This document shows, piece by piece, positions 22,963 to 35,876 of a stretch of DNA of 64,000 bases. Each line of letters opens with the position of its first letter. Within the stretch, counting starts at the first letter, position 1. Made by a program: the position numbers and the translations under genes. This DNA is from Anthoceros angustus (taxonomy: Eukaryota > Plantae > Anthocerotophyta). The DNA is taken from assembly GCA_010909165.1 (NCBI GenBank), contig MU008157.1, positions 434,001 to 498,000 of the forward strand, in the 5' to 3' direction. The notes under the pieces were generated by a model that was not told the origin of the DNA, made no database searches, and was given only the letters and a program-made list of their open reading frames with translations.

Positions 22963-24555
22963 CTTGCTACGCTCTCCAGATTGAAATGATCCCCTATGAT
23001 TCAACAATCTGGAGAGGCTTGAGGACAGTCAAACCAAGTAGTGCCTCTTCAAAACAGCCTTTGACGATGCAGTCCGCAACACTGTCAATTCTGCTTGGTA
23101 GCCACCTAGTACGCGAGCACCGAGAAGAGCGAAGAATTCAAGATCCTAAGGATCTAACAATGGCCAACCTCGTCCGACCTCTTCAACTGTCTCACTCCCC
23201 CCTCTGCGGATCAGGTTCGTGTGTGATCGGCTCCTTAGATGTCTGGCCAGGAATTGCACCAGAATCGGTGAACAGAACAATTCTTCTGTCCCGAGATCTT
23301 GATCCGCAACTCCCATAAAGCACCCGCATGCCTCGGCACCATCAGAGCTGACAATCTGAGCATACAATATGTGACTGGAACTATTCGCCCAAGGCCACAC
23401 GATTCATGGCCTATACATAAATTTCCCTGCTACCGCATATCCGCGTGGATCCTCTAGGCACACATTGTCAAGTCGAAAGAAGCAGCGTGGTAGAGAAAAC
23501 TGCATGCCTCAGGCACCATCCAATGTGAAGCTCCACCTCGCGCCAAGTAGCAAAGGCTGGCCCGACAAGCCATGACAAGGAGTCAATTGTGGGAGATGGG
23601 TGGATCCTTCCACCGAATTGCCGCTGGGTTGCTCCACGTTTTCCTCCTCCTCCTTCCTTCATTCCTCCCCTCCCGCTCCCTTCGTGTAAACATATAGGTT
23701 AAAACATGTCATATATTTCAATGTTCGTTATCATTTTTGAGGTGTATTTGATTATAAGTACATATAAGGCCGCTCACTAAAATTCGTCGGGGTTTAATGC
23801 TTGGTTGGCCTGATGTGGTGGGGCCTACCATCTGTCTCTCACATCCGTGACTTGCGACCGGGAGCGCGAGCCGGGAGCCGGGTGAGTGCACTATGTGAAC
23901 ACACGGAAACATAGTGACTGTTGCGAACACATGGGCACATACATGAGAACAGGATAGCCATTCGGCACATCAAGCACACATATGAGAATAGGGACGCATC
24001 CCGTGTGAGTGGCGAAGAACCCAAAGATGTAGAGCACGCGGGAGTGAGGCCTGGTATACGAGATGCACGTTGTCGTACATATTTTCTGCGGGACATAACC
24101 GAATTTTTGTACAGGGTAATCAAATTGAAGCTTGTCTGAAGGGCGACAAGATGAGCTATTGCTCAAAGCAAAAAACATAGAGCATTCGGGGTTGAGGCCT
24201 GGTAACAGAGATGCCCATTTTCGTTCATAACTTATGGTAGACACAACCAAAATGTAATACATGGTAATCAAATTGAAGCTTGTCTAGAGGGCTACAGAAT
24301 GAGCTATAGCTCATTTCGTGTAAACGTATGTGGAACACGTACTCAGAGTTTGAAATTCAGAGAGCACAAATTATTTATCGGGCAATTCTGACGAACATTA
24401 ATATCCAAGTTCGCATACAGATAGCTAAACATGATGAGTTTGAAACTGGCTTTCCAATGACCTATCTTACAAAATTTATAGCCAAGTAAGGCATGAAATA
24501 GCCACAAATCTCATCCTTCCCTCTCCTCAAGATAACTACTTTCAGCACCTTGGTG

Positions 24556-25577
24556 CAACACCTCTAGCATCTTTGGCTTCCAACGGTTGGGGGCTTCCAA
24601 GTAGTCATCTCCACAATACTTTTTTTCCTCTTCAGATTATCCAAAGCCATTGTCCAATTTGAGTAAATGGCCTTGAAATGTGGACACTGCACCATGGGCA
24701 CATTTTTGTGCCTGCAACTGTTTAACTAGGAGAAGCAACGTAGAAGTTGCTGCATGAGTATGTTGGAGCAAGGAAGCATCAGCATGCATCATTCCCCACA
24801 CTTCTTTCCATATATTTTTGAAGCTCTGGTATGAAGCAACGGCCTTCACTTGTGGCTTTACGTTGCCAAATGGCAGGCAATTGGCAATGATTCAGTGTCT
24901 TCCTGAGTTGTGAAAATAGGCGTGTCTGCCTCCTCGTGCACCGCTTGTTCACCAGGCATATGTACTGGTCCAACAGAATGCAGAGAGACATGGACATATC
25001 CTCTTCTAGCCATAGCTGTAACTAGCTCATGTGTGGATACCAGTTCCCCTTTGAGGTGTAATATCTTAGCTTGGTGCTTGCAAGAGAAACCTTGAGTGCC
25101 TCTGGGATAATTATAGCAGGTCCAATATGCACTTACATTGAAGATGGTATAGATCAACTTCCGATCAGTGCAACTCCTCACAAAAGATGGTCCATCAATT
25201 GTGGTTGGTAATGTGACAGTTGAGTCGGGAATGGATTGGAAACCCAAGATTGCATTGTCCACGATTGCTGCTTCCCTTACATTGTACCTGAATCCATGCT
25301 CCTTTGTGAAATGCTTATACCAGTAGATTTTGCTTACTGTTTCCATGTTGTGTGGAGCAACCAATCCAACCGTCTTCCTCGCAGGCTAACAAAATCATGG
25401 CACAACAGAGACTTTAAAAACCCATGCCAAGCTTCGATAGCAGAGTTACAATCTTGGCCTGCGTGCCTCATAGTTCTAATACCCTTTAACCTTAAGGGAA
25501 GCACATTGTGCCATTGTTTCTTGAAATACCCAATGAAACTCGGAGCTCTGTCTCCAAATTTATCTATATACACTTAT
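24556..25577 (-). pseudogene. MULE transposase, C-terminal half (catalytic E region + SWIM finger)
   Basis: YIDKFGDRAPSFIGYFKKQWH...AGQDCNSAIEAWHGFLKSLL...RLDWLLH...SIPDSTVTL...WTC...QGFSCKHQAKI, with frameshifts. Confidence 0.8.
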
Positions 25578-27014
25578 TGTGGACTACGGACTTCCCTGGG
25601 GGGGTTAGAAATTAGGTAGGATTTTGTTTTTTTTGTGTGGGAGCGAAGGATAGAATGAGGCGAAAAAGGAGGAAATAAGCCGGTTAGCACTCGGACGGCA
25701 CTCGGAGTATACTCTGACTCGGAGTGAGGCGTACTTAGACCTCGATGGCGGGCGGGGTGAGTCGGACCCACTCCGGGACGAGGCGGGATAAATCGCGAGT
25801 AACTTAGAAGTTGGGCGTAAGGCGGGCGGCACGTGGGCGACCACGAGTGGAGGGCAGCAGCATCGTGGTCGGGCCGTAACCTTGCGAGGCCGTTATAGCA
25901 GTATTCACGCCCGCGGGCGGTGAGCAGTCTGTGGCGGAGTAAGGCAGTGCAGCGGCGTAGGGCGAGTAAGCCATGCGAGACCTCGGCGATTCTGGACGGG
26001 GAAGCGCCCTCCGCCCGGTTACTCCGGCGTGGTCGCGGAAGAAGGTCATTTATTGCGACCTCGAGACAATTCTCGCGATCTCTTGCGCTCCGCGGTCGGC
26101 TCTGGCGGTATCTCGTGGGACACTCGGGCGTCTTGTGCGCGGCTCACCGTTGAGGTCGGAGGCGGCGAAGGAGGCTCAGCGTGCCGGTGATCTTGACAAG
26201 CGGCTCGGCAACCAAGGAGGAGAAGGCGATGGCACCCAAAAGCCAGCGGAAGTTTGGGAGCCATGGAACCTTGTGGGCGCAACATTGTGACCGGCGCTAT
26301 CCGGACTTTGGGCTCTGGCTCCGAGGCGGGAGGTGGTGCGAGTGGCATTTGGATGTGTTCCAAATGGTGCGGACATTTGGATGTCACTACAGTCGGGAGT
26401 TTGCGGAAGATCTTGGCGGCGGTCAATAAGGAGGTGCGGTCAAGAACCTCGGGAGGACCCAAGGCGATGGACCTTGGAGGTCTGGCGGCCTACCCAAGGA
26501 AGAGGGGGAGTGGTGCGGGCCCCTCAAGGCGAAGGGAAGATAGGTCCGGCCACGGCGGCTGCTAAGGCACAGGGGCAGCGGACCTGTGTTGGGCGATATC
26601 CGACTGTTGGGCGGTCGAGTCGAGGCGGTGGCGGATCATCGTCCACTGGAACCTACTCACCAAGGTGGATCACCTTGGTGATAATCTAATAGTGTTCTGC
26701 CGCGCGTTGCGGCGGGGAAGAAGGCGGGAGGAGGATTATCTTCGCCCGGTTTAGCGAGGCTTCATAGCTCGGGGCGAAGCCATCATCTATCCCCATACGA
26801 TCCATGTATGGGGCATTTGAACTCCTCGGGAAGGAGAGCTTGAGCGGCGCTCGGAAAGGGCCAGAGGCCCTCCGGAAGTGGAGGCGGGCAAGGCGGAGGA
26901 GGGAGGCAGTCGAAAACCAAGCGGACTCGGGAGGAGGGCGGCGGGAGGATTCGGACTCCATACGCTGGGCGGACCCCCTCACCACCCAGTATGGGAAGCA
27001 ATTCCGCCTCCCTC

Positions 27015-28005
27015 CCTTGGTGCAACACCTCTAGCATCTTTGGCTTCACGGGTTGCAGCTTCCAAGTAGTCATCTCCACAATACTTTTTCCTCTTCAGAA
27101 TCTCCAAAGCCATTGTCCAATTTGAGTAAATGGCCTTGAAATGTGGACATCGCACCATGGGCACATTTTGTGCCCGCAATGTTCGTTATCATTTTGAGGT
27201 GTATTTGATTATAAGTACATATAAGGCCGCTCACTAAAATTCGTCGGGGTTTAATGCTTGGTTGGCCTGATGTGGTGGGGCCTACCATCTGTCTCTCACA
27301 TCCGTGACTTGCGACCGGGAGCGCGAGCTGGAGCCGGGTGAGTGCACTATGAACACATGGAAACATACGTGACCGTGGCGAACACATGGGCACATACATG
27401 AGAACGGGATGGCCATTCGGCACATCATGCACTTATATGAGAACGGGGACACATCCCATGTGAGTGGCGAAGAACCCAAAGATGTAGAGCACGCGGGAGT
27501 GAGGCCTGGTATACGAGATGCACATTGTCGTACATATTTTCTGCTGGACATAACCGAATTTTGGTACAGGGTAATCAAATTGAAGCTTGTTTGAAGGGCG
27601 ACAGGATGAGCTATTGCGCAAAGCTAAAAACATGGAGCATTCGGGGTTGGGGCATGGTAACAGAGATGCACATTTTCGTTCATAACTTATGCTAGACACA
27701 ACCAAAATATAATACAGGGCAATCAAATGGAAGCTTGTCTAGAGGGCTACAGAACGAGCTATAGCTCATTTCGTGTAAACGTATGTGGAACACGTACTCG
27801 AGTTTGAAATTCAGAGAGCACAAATTGTTCATCGGGCAATTCTGAACATCAATATCCAAGTTCGCATACAGATAGCTAAACATGATGAGTTTGAAACTGG
27901 CTTTCCAATGACCTATCTTACAAAATTTATAGCCAAGTAAGGCATGAAATAGCCACAAATCTCATCCTTCCTCTCCTCAAGATAACTACTTTCAGCACCT
28001 TGGTG
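27015..28005 (+). repeat. Circularly permuted copy of 23719-24717
   Basis: The order here is segment B (native 24556-24717) then segment A (native 23722-24555), joined at CAA and bounded by CCTTGGTG microhomologies. Confidence 0.85.
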
Positions 28006-28960
28006 ATAATCTGTGTTCACAGCGTTGCGGCCGGGGAAGAAGGCGGAAGGATTATCTTCGCCCGGTTTAGCGAGAGGCTATAGCTCGGGGCGAAGCCTTC
28101 GCCATGCATCCCATGCACGATCCATGTATGGGGCATTTGAACTCCTCAAGGAGAGCTTGGCGGCGCTCGGAAAGGGCTGAGGCCCTCCGGAAGTGGAGGC
28201 GGGCAAGCGGAGGAGGAGGCGGTCGACAAAACCAAGCGGACTCGGGAGGAGGGCGGCGGGGATTCGGACTCCATCGTGGGGCGGACCCCCTCACCACCCA
28301 GTATGGGAAGCAATTCCGCCTCCCTCCTTGGTGCCCCAACGAGCAGCCCGGCCAATGACGGCCCGGCCCGGCCGCCACGGCCATCACTCGGTGAGCCCCG
28401 CGGACGGAGAAAGGCAAGACCACGGCTGCGCGGTACCCGGTCGGTGCAGTACCTCTTCCCTGCCAGTGGCAAGCGGAGGAAGCGATGGGAGGCGAAGGGC
28501 CAGCGCCCGGGGAGGCGAGGACAGCGGCGGCGCATCGAGGCAGTCACATGTCAGGAAGGGGCAAAAGGCGTGCTCCGGACTCCATCACCTCATGAGCCCG
28601 GGAGAAAAAGGCGGAGAAGGAGCTCATGACCAAAGGGCCAAGGAGGAAGCTCGAGCTCGGCCTCGGGACCTAAGGGTCTGATTGGGTCCGGAGAACGTCC
28701 GGACTTACTCGGGCTGCGGTATGGAGGTCCTTGGACCGTGAGATCTGGCTCACTTCGGACTTTGTGGGAGCCTCACGGCGGCCGTGGAGGAAACACAGCG
28801 GGTCAGCTACCGTCATGGGCCGGTATGCTCACAGAATACATGCGGGATGGCGAGAAGGCCGGAGGTGGAAGCCACCGGGCGCATGGTGCTCCTCCGAGGC
28901 GGTTGGAGGAGCCCGGAGGCGAAGGAAGGCGGAGAAGCCGGGAGGCGGAGGAGGGAGGTC

Positions 28961-29333
28961 TGGTCCATCAATTGTGGTTGGTAATGTGACATTGAGTCGG
29001 AATGGATTGAAACCCAAGATTGCATTGTCCACGATTGCTTCCCTTACATTGTACACGAATCCATGCTCCTTTGTGAAATGCTTATACGAGATTTTGCTTC
29101 GCTTTCCATGTTGTGGAGCAACCAATCCAACTTTCCTCGGCAGCTAACAAAATCATGGCACAACAGAGATTTTAAAACCCATGCCAAGCTCGATAGGCGA
29201 GTTACAATCTTGGCCTCACAGTGCCTCATAGTTCTAATACCCTTTAACCTTAAGGGAAGCACATTGTGCCATTGTTTCTTGAAATACCCAATGAAACTCG
29301 AGCTCGTCTCCAAATTTATCTATATACACTTAT
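28961..29333 (-). pseudogene. Duplicate of MULE transposase segment 25188-25577
   Basis: SFIGYFKKQWHNVLPLRLKGIRTMRH is repeated. The segment is entered from element R through a GTCCATC microhomology. Confidence 0.85.
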
Positions 29334-31759
29334 TGTGGACTACGGACTTCCTGGGGGTTAGAAATTAGGTAGGATTTTGTTTTTGTGGGAGCGAAGGATA
29401 GAATGAGGCTAAAAGGAGGAAATAAGCCCGTTAGCACTGGACGACCGAGTATACTCCGACCGGAGTGAGGAACGACTTAGACCTACGATGGCGGCGATGC
29501 GGGTAAGTCCCGACACCTGTGACCAAGGTGATAAGTACGCCAGGAAGTAACTTAGAAGTTGGACGGACTGACGGGCGACGCCACGTGACGACCGAGTGGA
29601 GGACGGCATGCAGCCTGTGATCAACCTGCCGAGGCCGTTATAGCAGTATTCACGCCTGCGCGCGCGCGAGGGGCCGAGGCACGCGCGAGTAAGGCCGTGC
29701 ACGCTGGCAACAGAGGGGCCGAGTAAGCCATGCACTGGCGCCAAGTGAAGAGGCGCGCCCGCCGTTACTCCCAAGGCGTGGTCGCGGAAGAAGGTCATTT
29801 CACGCAGCCGAGACAATTTCGCGATCTCGCGCCCGCACCGCTCGCGGTATCTCGTGGACACTGACGTTTCGCGCGCGCTCACCGCTGAGGTCGAGAAGCG
29901 AACGCGCGGAGGCTCAACGCTGCCAGCCTCGACAAGCGGCATGCGAACCAAGGAGGAGAAGGCGATGGCACCCAAAAGCCCGGAAGTTTGGGAGCCATGG
30001 AACCTTGTGGAGCGCAACATTGTGACCCGCGCTATCCGGACTTTGGGCTCGCCCGTGGAAGCGGAGAATTGGTGCAGAGTGGCATTTGGACGTGTTCCAA
30101 ATGGTCTGACCTTGAGGCCACCGTCCGGAGTTTGCCCGGAAGATGCGGCGGTCAACAAGGAGGTGCGGTCCAAGAACCTCCGAGGGACCAAGGCGATGGA
30201 CCTTGAGGTCCCGGCGGCCTACAACCCCCCAAGGAGGAAGAGGGGAGGGTGCCGAGCCCTCAAGGCGGGGAAGATAGGTCCAGCCACGCTAAGGCTCGAC
30301 GAACGGACCACCAACGGTTCGATATCCGCTGATGCCGAGTCGGCGGCCGATCATCCATCGAACCTACTACCAAGGTGGATCACCTTGGTGATAATCTATT
30401 GGTGTTCCCGACGCGCTGAAGAGGGGATCGGGAAGGATTATCTTCACCGTTTAGCTGTGAAGCTCGCAAGCTCAGAGCGAGAAGCCTCGCCATCTGTCCC
30501 CATACCGATCCATGTATGGGGCATTTCAACTCCTGTGGAAGGAGAGCTTGAGCGAGCGCCCGGAAGGACCGAGGCCTCCCGAAGTGGAGCGGCAAGGGCG
30601 CCGGAGGAGGAGGCCGGCCGACAAAACCAAACGGACTCGGAGGAGGACGATCGAGAGGATTCCTGACCCATACGCCTGAACGGACCCCCTCACCACCTGT
30701 GGGGAAGCACCCGCCTCCTTCCGTGCCCCAACTGTAACACCACCCACAGAAGGGCCCCGCCTCACCCCTGGCCATCACTCCGAGGAGCCCACTGTGAGAG
30801 AGCCAAGAAACGCAAGACCACGGCTACCAACGCGGCTGGTGCCAAGACTCTTCCCGACGGAGTGGCAAGAAGCGGAGGAAGGAAGGAGGGAGGGCCAGAG
30901 TGGAGGAGGACACCGCAGATCCAGAGCCGGGTCCGCTGTGAAGGGGCAAAGGGCGTGCTCCTGACTCCATCACCTCCGCCGAGCCCTGTGGAGGAAAAGG
31001 GCGAGAAGGAGCTCGCCAAAAGGAGGGGAAGCTCGAGCCAAGACTCGTGACCTAAGGGTCCCGATTGTCCGGAGAACCCGACTTGCTCCGGATCGGTATG
31101 GAGGTCCTTGACGATCGGAGATGCCGGCCCCGCAACGGACTTTGTGGGAGCCTCACTGCCAGCCGTGGAGGAAACACGGTGGGTTCCACCGGGCCATGGA
31201 CCTGGGTCCAAGGGATGGCCGAGAAGGAGAGGAAGCCACCCGAGGCATGGTGCCTGTGAGGCTGGAGGGAGGTGAGGCGAGAAGGAAGGCCAAGCTCTCG
31301 GCAGGATTGAGGAAGGAAAACGCCGAGGCGGAGAGGGAGGTCCGTCCATCCAAGGACCGGACCAAATTCTTCACCGGAGGAACATGAAGCAGCAAGGAGG
31401 CCCAAGCGGCGGAGGACCTCGCAGTGCAGGGGCGAGCGCAGCAGAAGAGGACGCCCGGGCGCAAGCGAACGGGCGCGGATCTCGCGAGGCAGACGACCAG
31501 AGCCAAGCCGGAGAGGCTCAGTGAAGGTGGCCAGGCGGAGGCCACGGCGGCCGATCGCGATCACTATCGGCGTGATCGAACCGGTGGAGGAGGCGGCCGA
31601 GAGAGCCGCGCCAATCAAGGCCGAGCAAGTGGTCATGGAGCAAGCACGGCCGAGCCGTGAGGAGGCGCTGGAGGCCCACCCGGAGATTGGGGACCCTGTG
31701 GTGCACGCAGGAGGTAGAAGGGCGGCAGAGCCGGAGGACAACAAGGACACTTGGAGTTG

Positions 31760-33235
31760 CAACCCGAACTTAGTCCGGACCTTCAACAACATCGTCGTAA
31801 ATAACACTTTTGGACATGCCACAAGCAATAACACCTTTGGGCCATCCGCCCCATACATTGTGAATGGCTGCACGCAGGTACCGCATCGTCTACGGAAAAG
31901 GCACTTGGTTGCCATTAGGGGCGGGTACCAACTATAGTCCTTGGCTTGCAACCAAGACTCAATATCTACTGTTGTCCCACTATCTGTAACAATCCAAGCA
32001 ACAAGCACTCCGTTATAGTAACGATCAAACACCAAAAGTGTATACAAGTGAAACTTGTATTTGTTGGTCCCAAATGTGGCGTCCATGGATATGACATTCC
32101 TATTCCCAAACTGCAAAATCATGGAACGCTAGAAATCAGTTTGCAAGCTAATCACTAAGTGGGAGGAAAGTAGAATTGAAATCATAAGCTAGTGATTATG
32201 AACCTTGTCGCGCTGATTTTTTACAGCCACACGACATTAACAACATTGCCTCTCAATTGTTTGCGGGAATCTATCAGTATCACTCCAACGATGAGATTAG
32301 TGTTGGTTTGTGGATAGAGGCTCACAAGGACCTTGTCTGGTATATATCATTTTGTGTTCCACATGCTCGAGGTATATTTGCCTCTTTGTTACTGCAGCTA
32401 GAGCGTTGTCTCACGCAATGCGGATGTCCTCTCTTAAAGCGGGCAAACCTTGAGCGAGGTCTCCAATATCTTGTCCGTGGAGGATTTGTCGTATTGGTCT
32501 ACATGTTCAAATGAATCACAAAACACAAGCGCGATTTGTGGCGGAATATGATTGCGTCACATCAAAGTAATCACAGCAGAACCATGTTTGATACTCTGAC
32601 CTCTCAAGATCTTGGCTTTCCGTTTTCCTACACTGCTTGAAGCCTGTTCTGCTGCATTATCATCACGAAGATCAGCTTTCCCAAATGCACACCAGTATTT
32701 CATGTGGCACAAATAAGCCCAAACATTAGTTTTACGGCTGCTGTTGGAGGCGACTTGCTTCTTATCCACCTCCTTCCAAAAGTATATGGGGAACTGCGCA
32801 TTCTTGCCTTCTCCTAACACCAAGTCAGACACCCTGTTCCATGGAATAATGGCAAATCTAGAGATAGCAGGTACGCAATCCTTAGAAGCAACCTCATACC
32901 GTCTTGCTATAACAGTGGGTGAAAACTTCAGATGTATTGAACAAGCCACGTGGCTAACACCTCCCAACCGTAGGGGAAGATCTTCAATCATCTTAGTTGC
33001 CATTGCAAGTCATTCGGTGTTAGGAACATGGGCTGCGGAGGTATTGCTTAATCGAGTTTAGTGTGGAAGTGAACACCAAAAATGATGCTTACTTTCCATT
33101 TCAAATGGAAACATGTTTTAGGGTTTGTTTCCTGCAATTCTGAGTTCTATGGCATGCATGCCATGAGCAAGCACACATGGTCATAGCATGAGCTCATGCT
33201 CATGACATGAGGCATGACATGAGCAGGCGCCAAAG
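31760..33235 (-). pseudogene. MULE transposase N-terminal half, copy 1
   Basis: MATKMIEDLP...FAIIPWNRVSDLVLGEG...YWCAFG, then MILQFGNRNVISMDATFGTNKYKFHLYTLLVFDRYYNGVLVAWIVTDSGTTVDIESWLQA (MULE first catalytic D motif DxTFGTN). Confidence 0.85.
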
Positions 33236-33285
33236 ACTGGCAGGCCACACGGCAGAGGAGGAGAGAGAAGAGGGAGGACGAGGAA

Positions 33286-35544
33286 GACTTGGTGGTGATC
33301 GCCGCCGTGCCGCCACGGTGGCGCAGGCTGCACTGAAGAGGAAGGGCCCCGCCGCGATCATCCGATTGGGTGCGCCGCACATGTGGCCCGCCGTGCCAAG
33401 AAGGAATGAGGGGCTATCCCACCCCACCACCGACGGCGATAGGGAATAGGTGGTAGTAGGCGGTGGTTAGGCACACCGAAATGGCCCTCACCGTAATAGA
33501 GGTGTAAAGGCGCCGACCTTCGCGAGTATAAGAGGGCCAAGGCCACCAATAAATCATCTTCTCTTGGTGTTGATGCCGCTGCTGCACCTTTGTGTGTCTT
33601 CTTGCTAACGTGAGTCCCGAGTCACCGAAAGGTGCAATGGCGCCTACACCGGGAGTGGTCCCGTGACGGACCTAACGTGTTGGTGTGTGCAGGAAGGGTG
33701 AGGTGACCCGTGCTCGTCCGGAGCCGCCCAGACCGAACCGGATCGAACGTGAGCCGAGGAACTCCGGAGGCGGCATGCCCAGAGAGGTCCTGACTTTGTC
33801 CGGACTGAGAGGAAGGCCGGATCCCGAGGTCCCCTCAAGGAAGTCCGACTTAGGGATCCAGACTCAGTGACGAGTCCCACCCGAGGTCCGACCCTGTGGG
33901 AAGGTTGGGTCCAGAAGACCGGACCCCAGAGGCAAGTCCGGTCCCCGAGGACCGGACTCCAGAAAGAAGGCCGGGCCCAGGAGACCGGACCCCAGAGGGA
34001 AGACCGGACCTAGAGGTCCGGACTCCGGAGTCGAGACAGGGTCCTGAGGTCCAAACTCGGGGAGTGGGGGAGAGCCACCAGTCACCAACCCCAGCAGATC
34101 CAACCCTTGGAGGGCCCACTGCGCAGGGGCCCGCCGGAGAGAGACTTAGTGGTGGGCCCCACTAGATCAAGGCAACTTCGCATTAAACCCCCGACAAACT
34201 ATAGTGTCCGGGCGTATAAGCATGTAAGAATAGTCTATTCTACAGGCTTCCCTTGGAGCGCCTCGCGCAGGACTCCCGAATGAAGCAACCTGGACTTTGT
34301 TCCTTTTTCTTCCCCAGTGGTATCTCCATCACTCTAGAGGTGGGAATTCAGGTCACAGGGAGGTTGCCTCTCGGCTCCGCCATTTTCGGGCGGGGACTGG
34401 TAGGCTCTTTAGGAAGGGGGGGCTTGCTGCTCGATCAAGGATGGAGTCGCAGTCGGGTTTGTCAAGACCCGTGAAGGCGCATCTCAAAGGTGCCTCACGC
34501 AGTCATGAGGCAAGTAGAAATTCCAGGGGCCGGTGAGATCATGGTGTCGGATCGCTTGTGGAGCCGACCAATTTTCCTTTCCCAACCCATTGTCTAACAG
34601 TGTGTCTAATTAAGGTGAGGGTGGCACGAGGAGGGGTCATGTGGCCCAAGGAGGGGTCTGTGTGGCCCAAGGAGGGGTCTGGCCCAAGGAGGGTCTGTGG
34701 CCCAAGGAGGGGTGCATGTGGCCCAAGTGAGGCTGTGGCCCAAGGTGAGGTCTGTGTGGCTGAGGGAGTGCAGGTGGCCCAAGGAGGGGTCTCATGGCCC
34801 AAGGAGGGGTCTGTGGCCCGAGAGAGGAGGATGCTGGGAACATCTTGTGCAAGGTGGTGTATGAGGTCCTAGAAGAAAGGGGTGAGTGAGTCGTTGTGTG
34901 AAGGGAGTCAGGAAGTGGTGGCCGAGAGTGGAACGCGGGCAGCCGAGGAAGGTTGGGAATAAATTGTGGGGTCGAGGAAATCGGTGGAGTGAGGTGCATG
35001 ACGTGCTTGGCCATGGTGTACATCCACCAGTGAGCTCAGGCGTGAATCCACATGAGTGTGACTTGGTGGTGATCGCCGCCGTGCCGCCACGGTGGCGCAG
35101 GCTGCACTGAAGAGGAAGGGCCCCGCCGCGATCATCCGATTGGGTGCGCCGCACATGTGGCCCGCCGTGCCAAGAAGGAATGAGGGGCTATCCCACCCCA
35201 CCACCGACGGCGATAGGGAATAGGTGGTAGTAGGCGGTGGTTAGGCACACCGAAATGGCCCTCACCGTAATAGAGGTGTAAAGGCGCCGACCTTCGCGAG
35301 TATAAGAGGGCCAAGGCCACCAATAAATCATCTTCTCTTGGTGTTGATGCCGCTGCTGCACCTTTGTGTGTCTTCTTGCTAACGTGAGTCCCGAGTCACC
35401 GAAAGGTGCAATGGCGCCTACACCGGGAGTGGTCCCGTGACGGACCTAACGTGTTGGTGTGTGCAGGAAGGGTGAGGTGACCCGTGCTCGTCCGGAGCCG
35501 CCCAGACCGAACCGGATCGAACGTGAGCCGAGGAACTCCGGAGG
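33286..35544. repeat. Apparently identical 485-bp direct repeat pair (33286-33770 and 35060-35544)
   Basis: The two copies read identically by eye and give identical ORF translations (33358-33549 and 35132-35323). Confidence 0.9.
34630..34820. repeat. 21-bp minisatellite GTGGCCCAAGGAGGGGTCTGT (copy in duplicated flank)
   Basis: About 8-9 degenerate units within the 34139-35066 block, which duplicates 37464-38383. Confidence 0.85.
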
Positions 35545-35876
35545 GCGGCAGCCCGGACGAGAGGCCCGGAACGAGAGGAGGTCCGGATCGTAACCCGCTT
35601 TTTCTAAGACCGAGGAGTGTAGCGTGAGGGGAGAGAGGAAAGGACGATGTGAGAGAATGTGAACGATACGACGCGAACGGTCTAAACGCTTGGCCATACC
35701 GGCCTCAGACGGTGAACGTAGTTAGAGTATGTGTGTTGAGATCGAACGAGCGCTATGCGGTAGGAATCACAAAACGCGTAAACGGAGCCTATCATTCCCT
35801 TTGGGAACGGATTCTTCCTACAACGTGACCACGGATTGTGCGCCCGGTGCCGGCCATATCAAAAGCTAATACCACA

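Larger units (their letters stand above)
25578..35876. mobile_element. GC-rich inserted element 'R' with TGTGG...CCACA termini and 5-bp TSD CTTAT (LTR-type ends; rearranged and partly duplicated)
   Basis: Left junctions TACA-CTTAT|TGTGGACTAC at 25573-25582 and 29329-29338; right junction GCTAATACCACA|CTTAT-TGTAGC at 35872-35881. Removing the element restores the MULE transposase. An independent copy starts at 56458. Confidence 0.7.

Noticed and set aside
33568-33600. TGTTGATGCC as an LTR start (also at 35342)
   Set aside because: No PPT before it, no PBS, and no matching CA end or TSD.
25600-35500. Numerous Arg/Pro/Gly-rich ORFs in the GC-rich modules
   Set aside because: Expected by chance at high GC and not conserved in frame between copies, apart from the MAPKK..WEPWN ORF reported as a finding.
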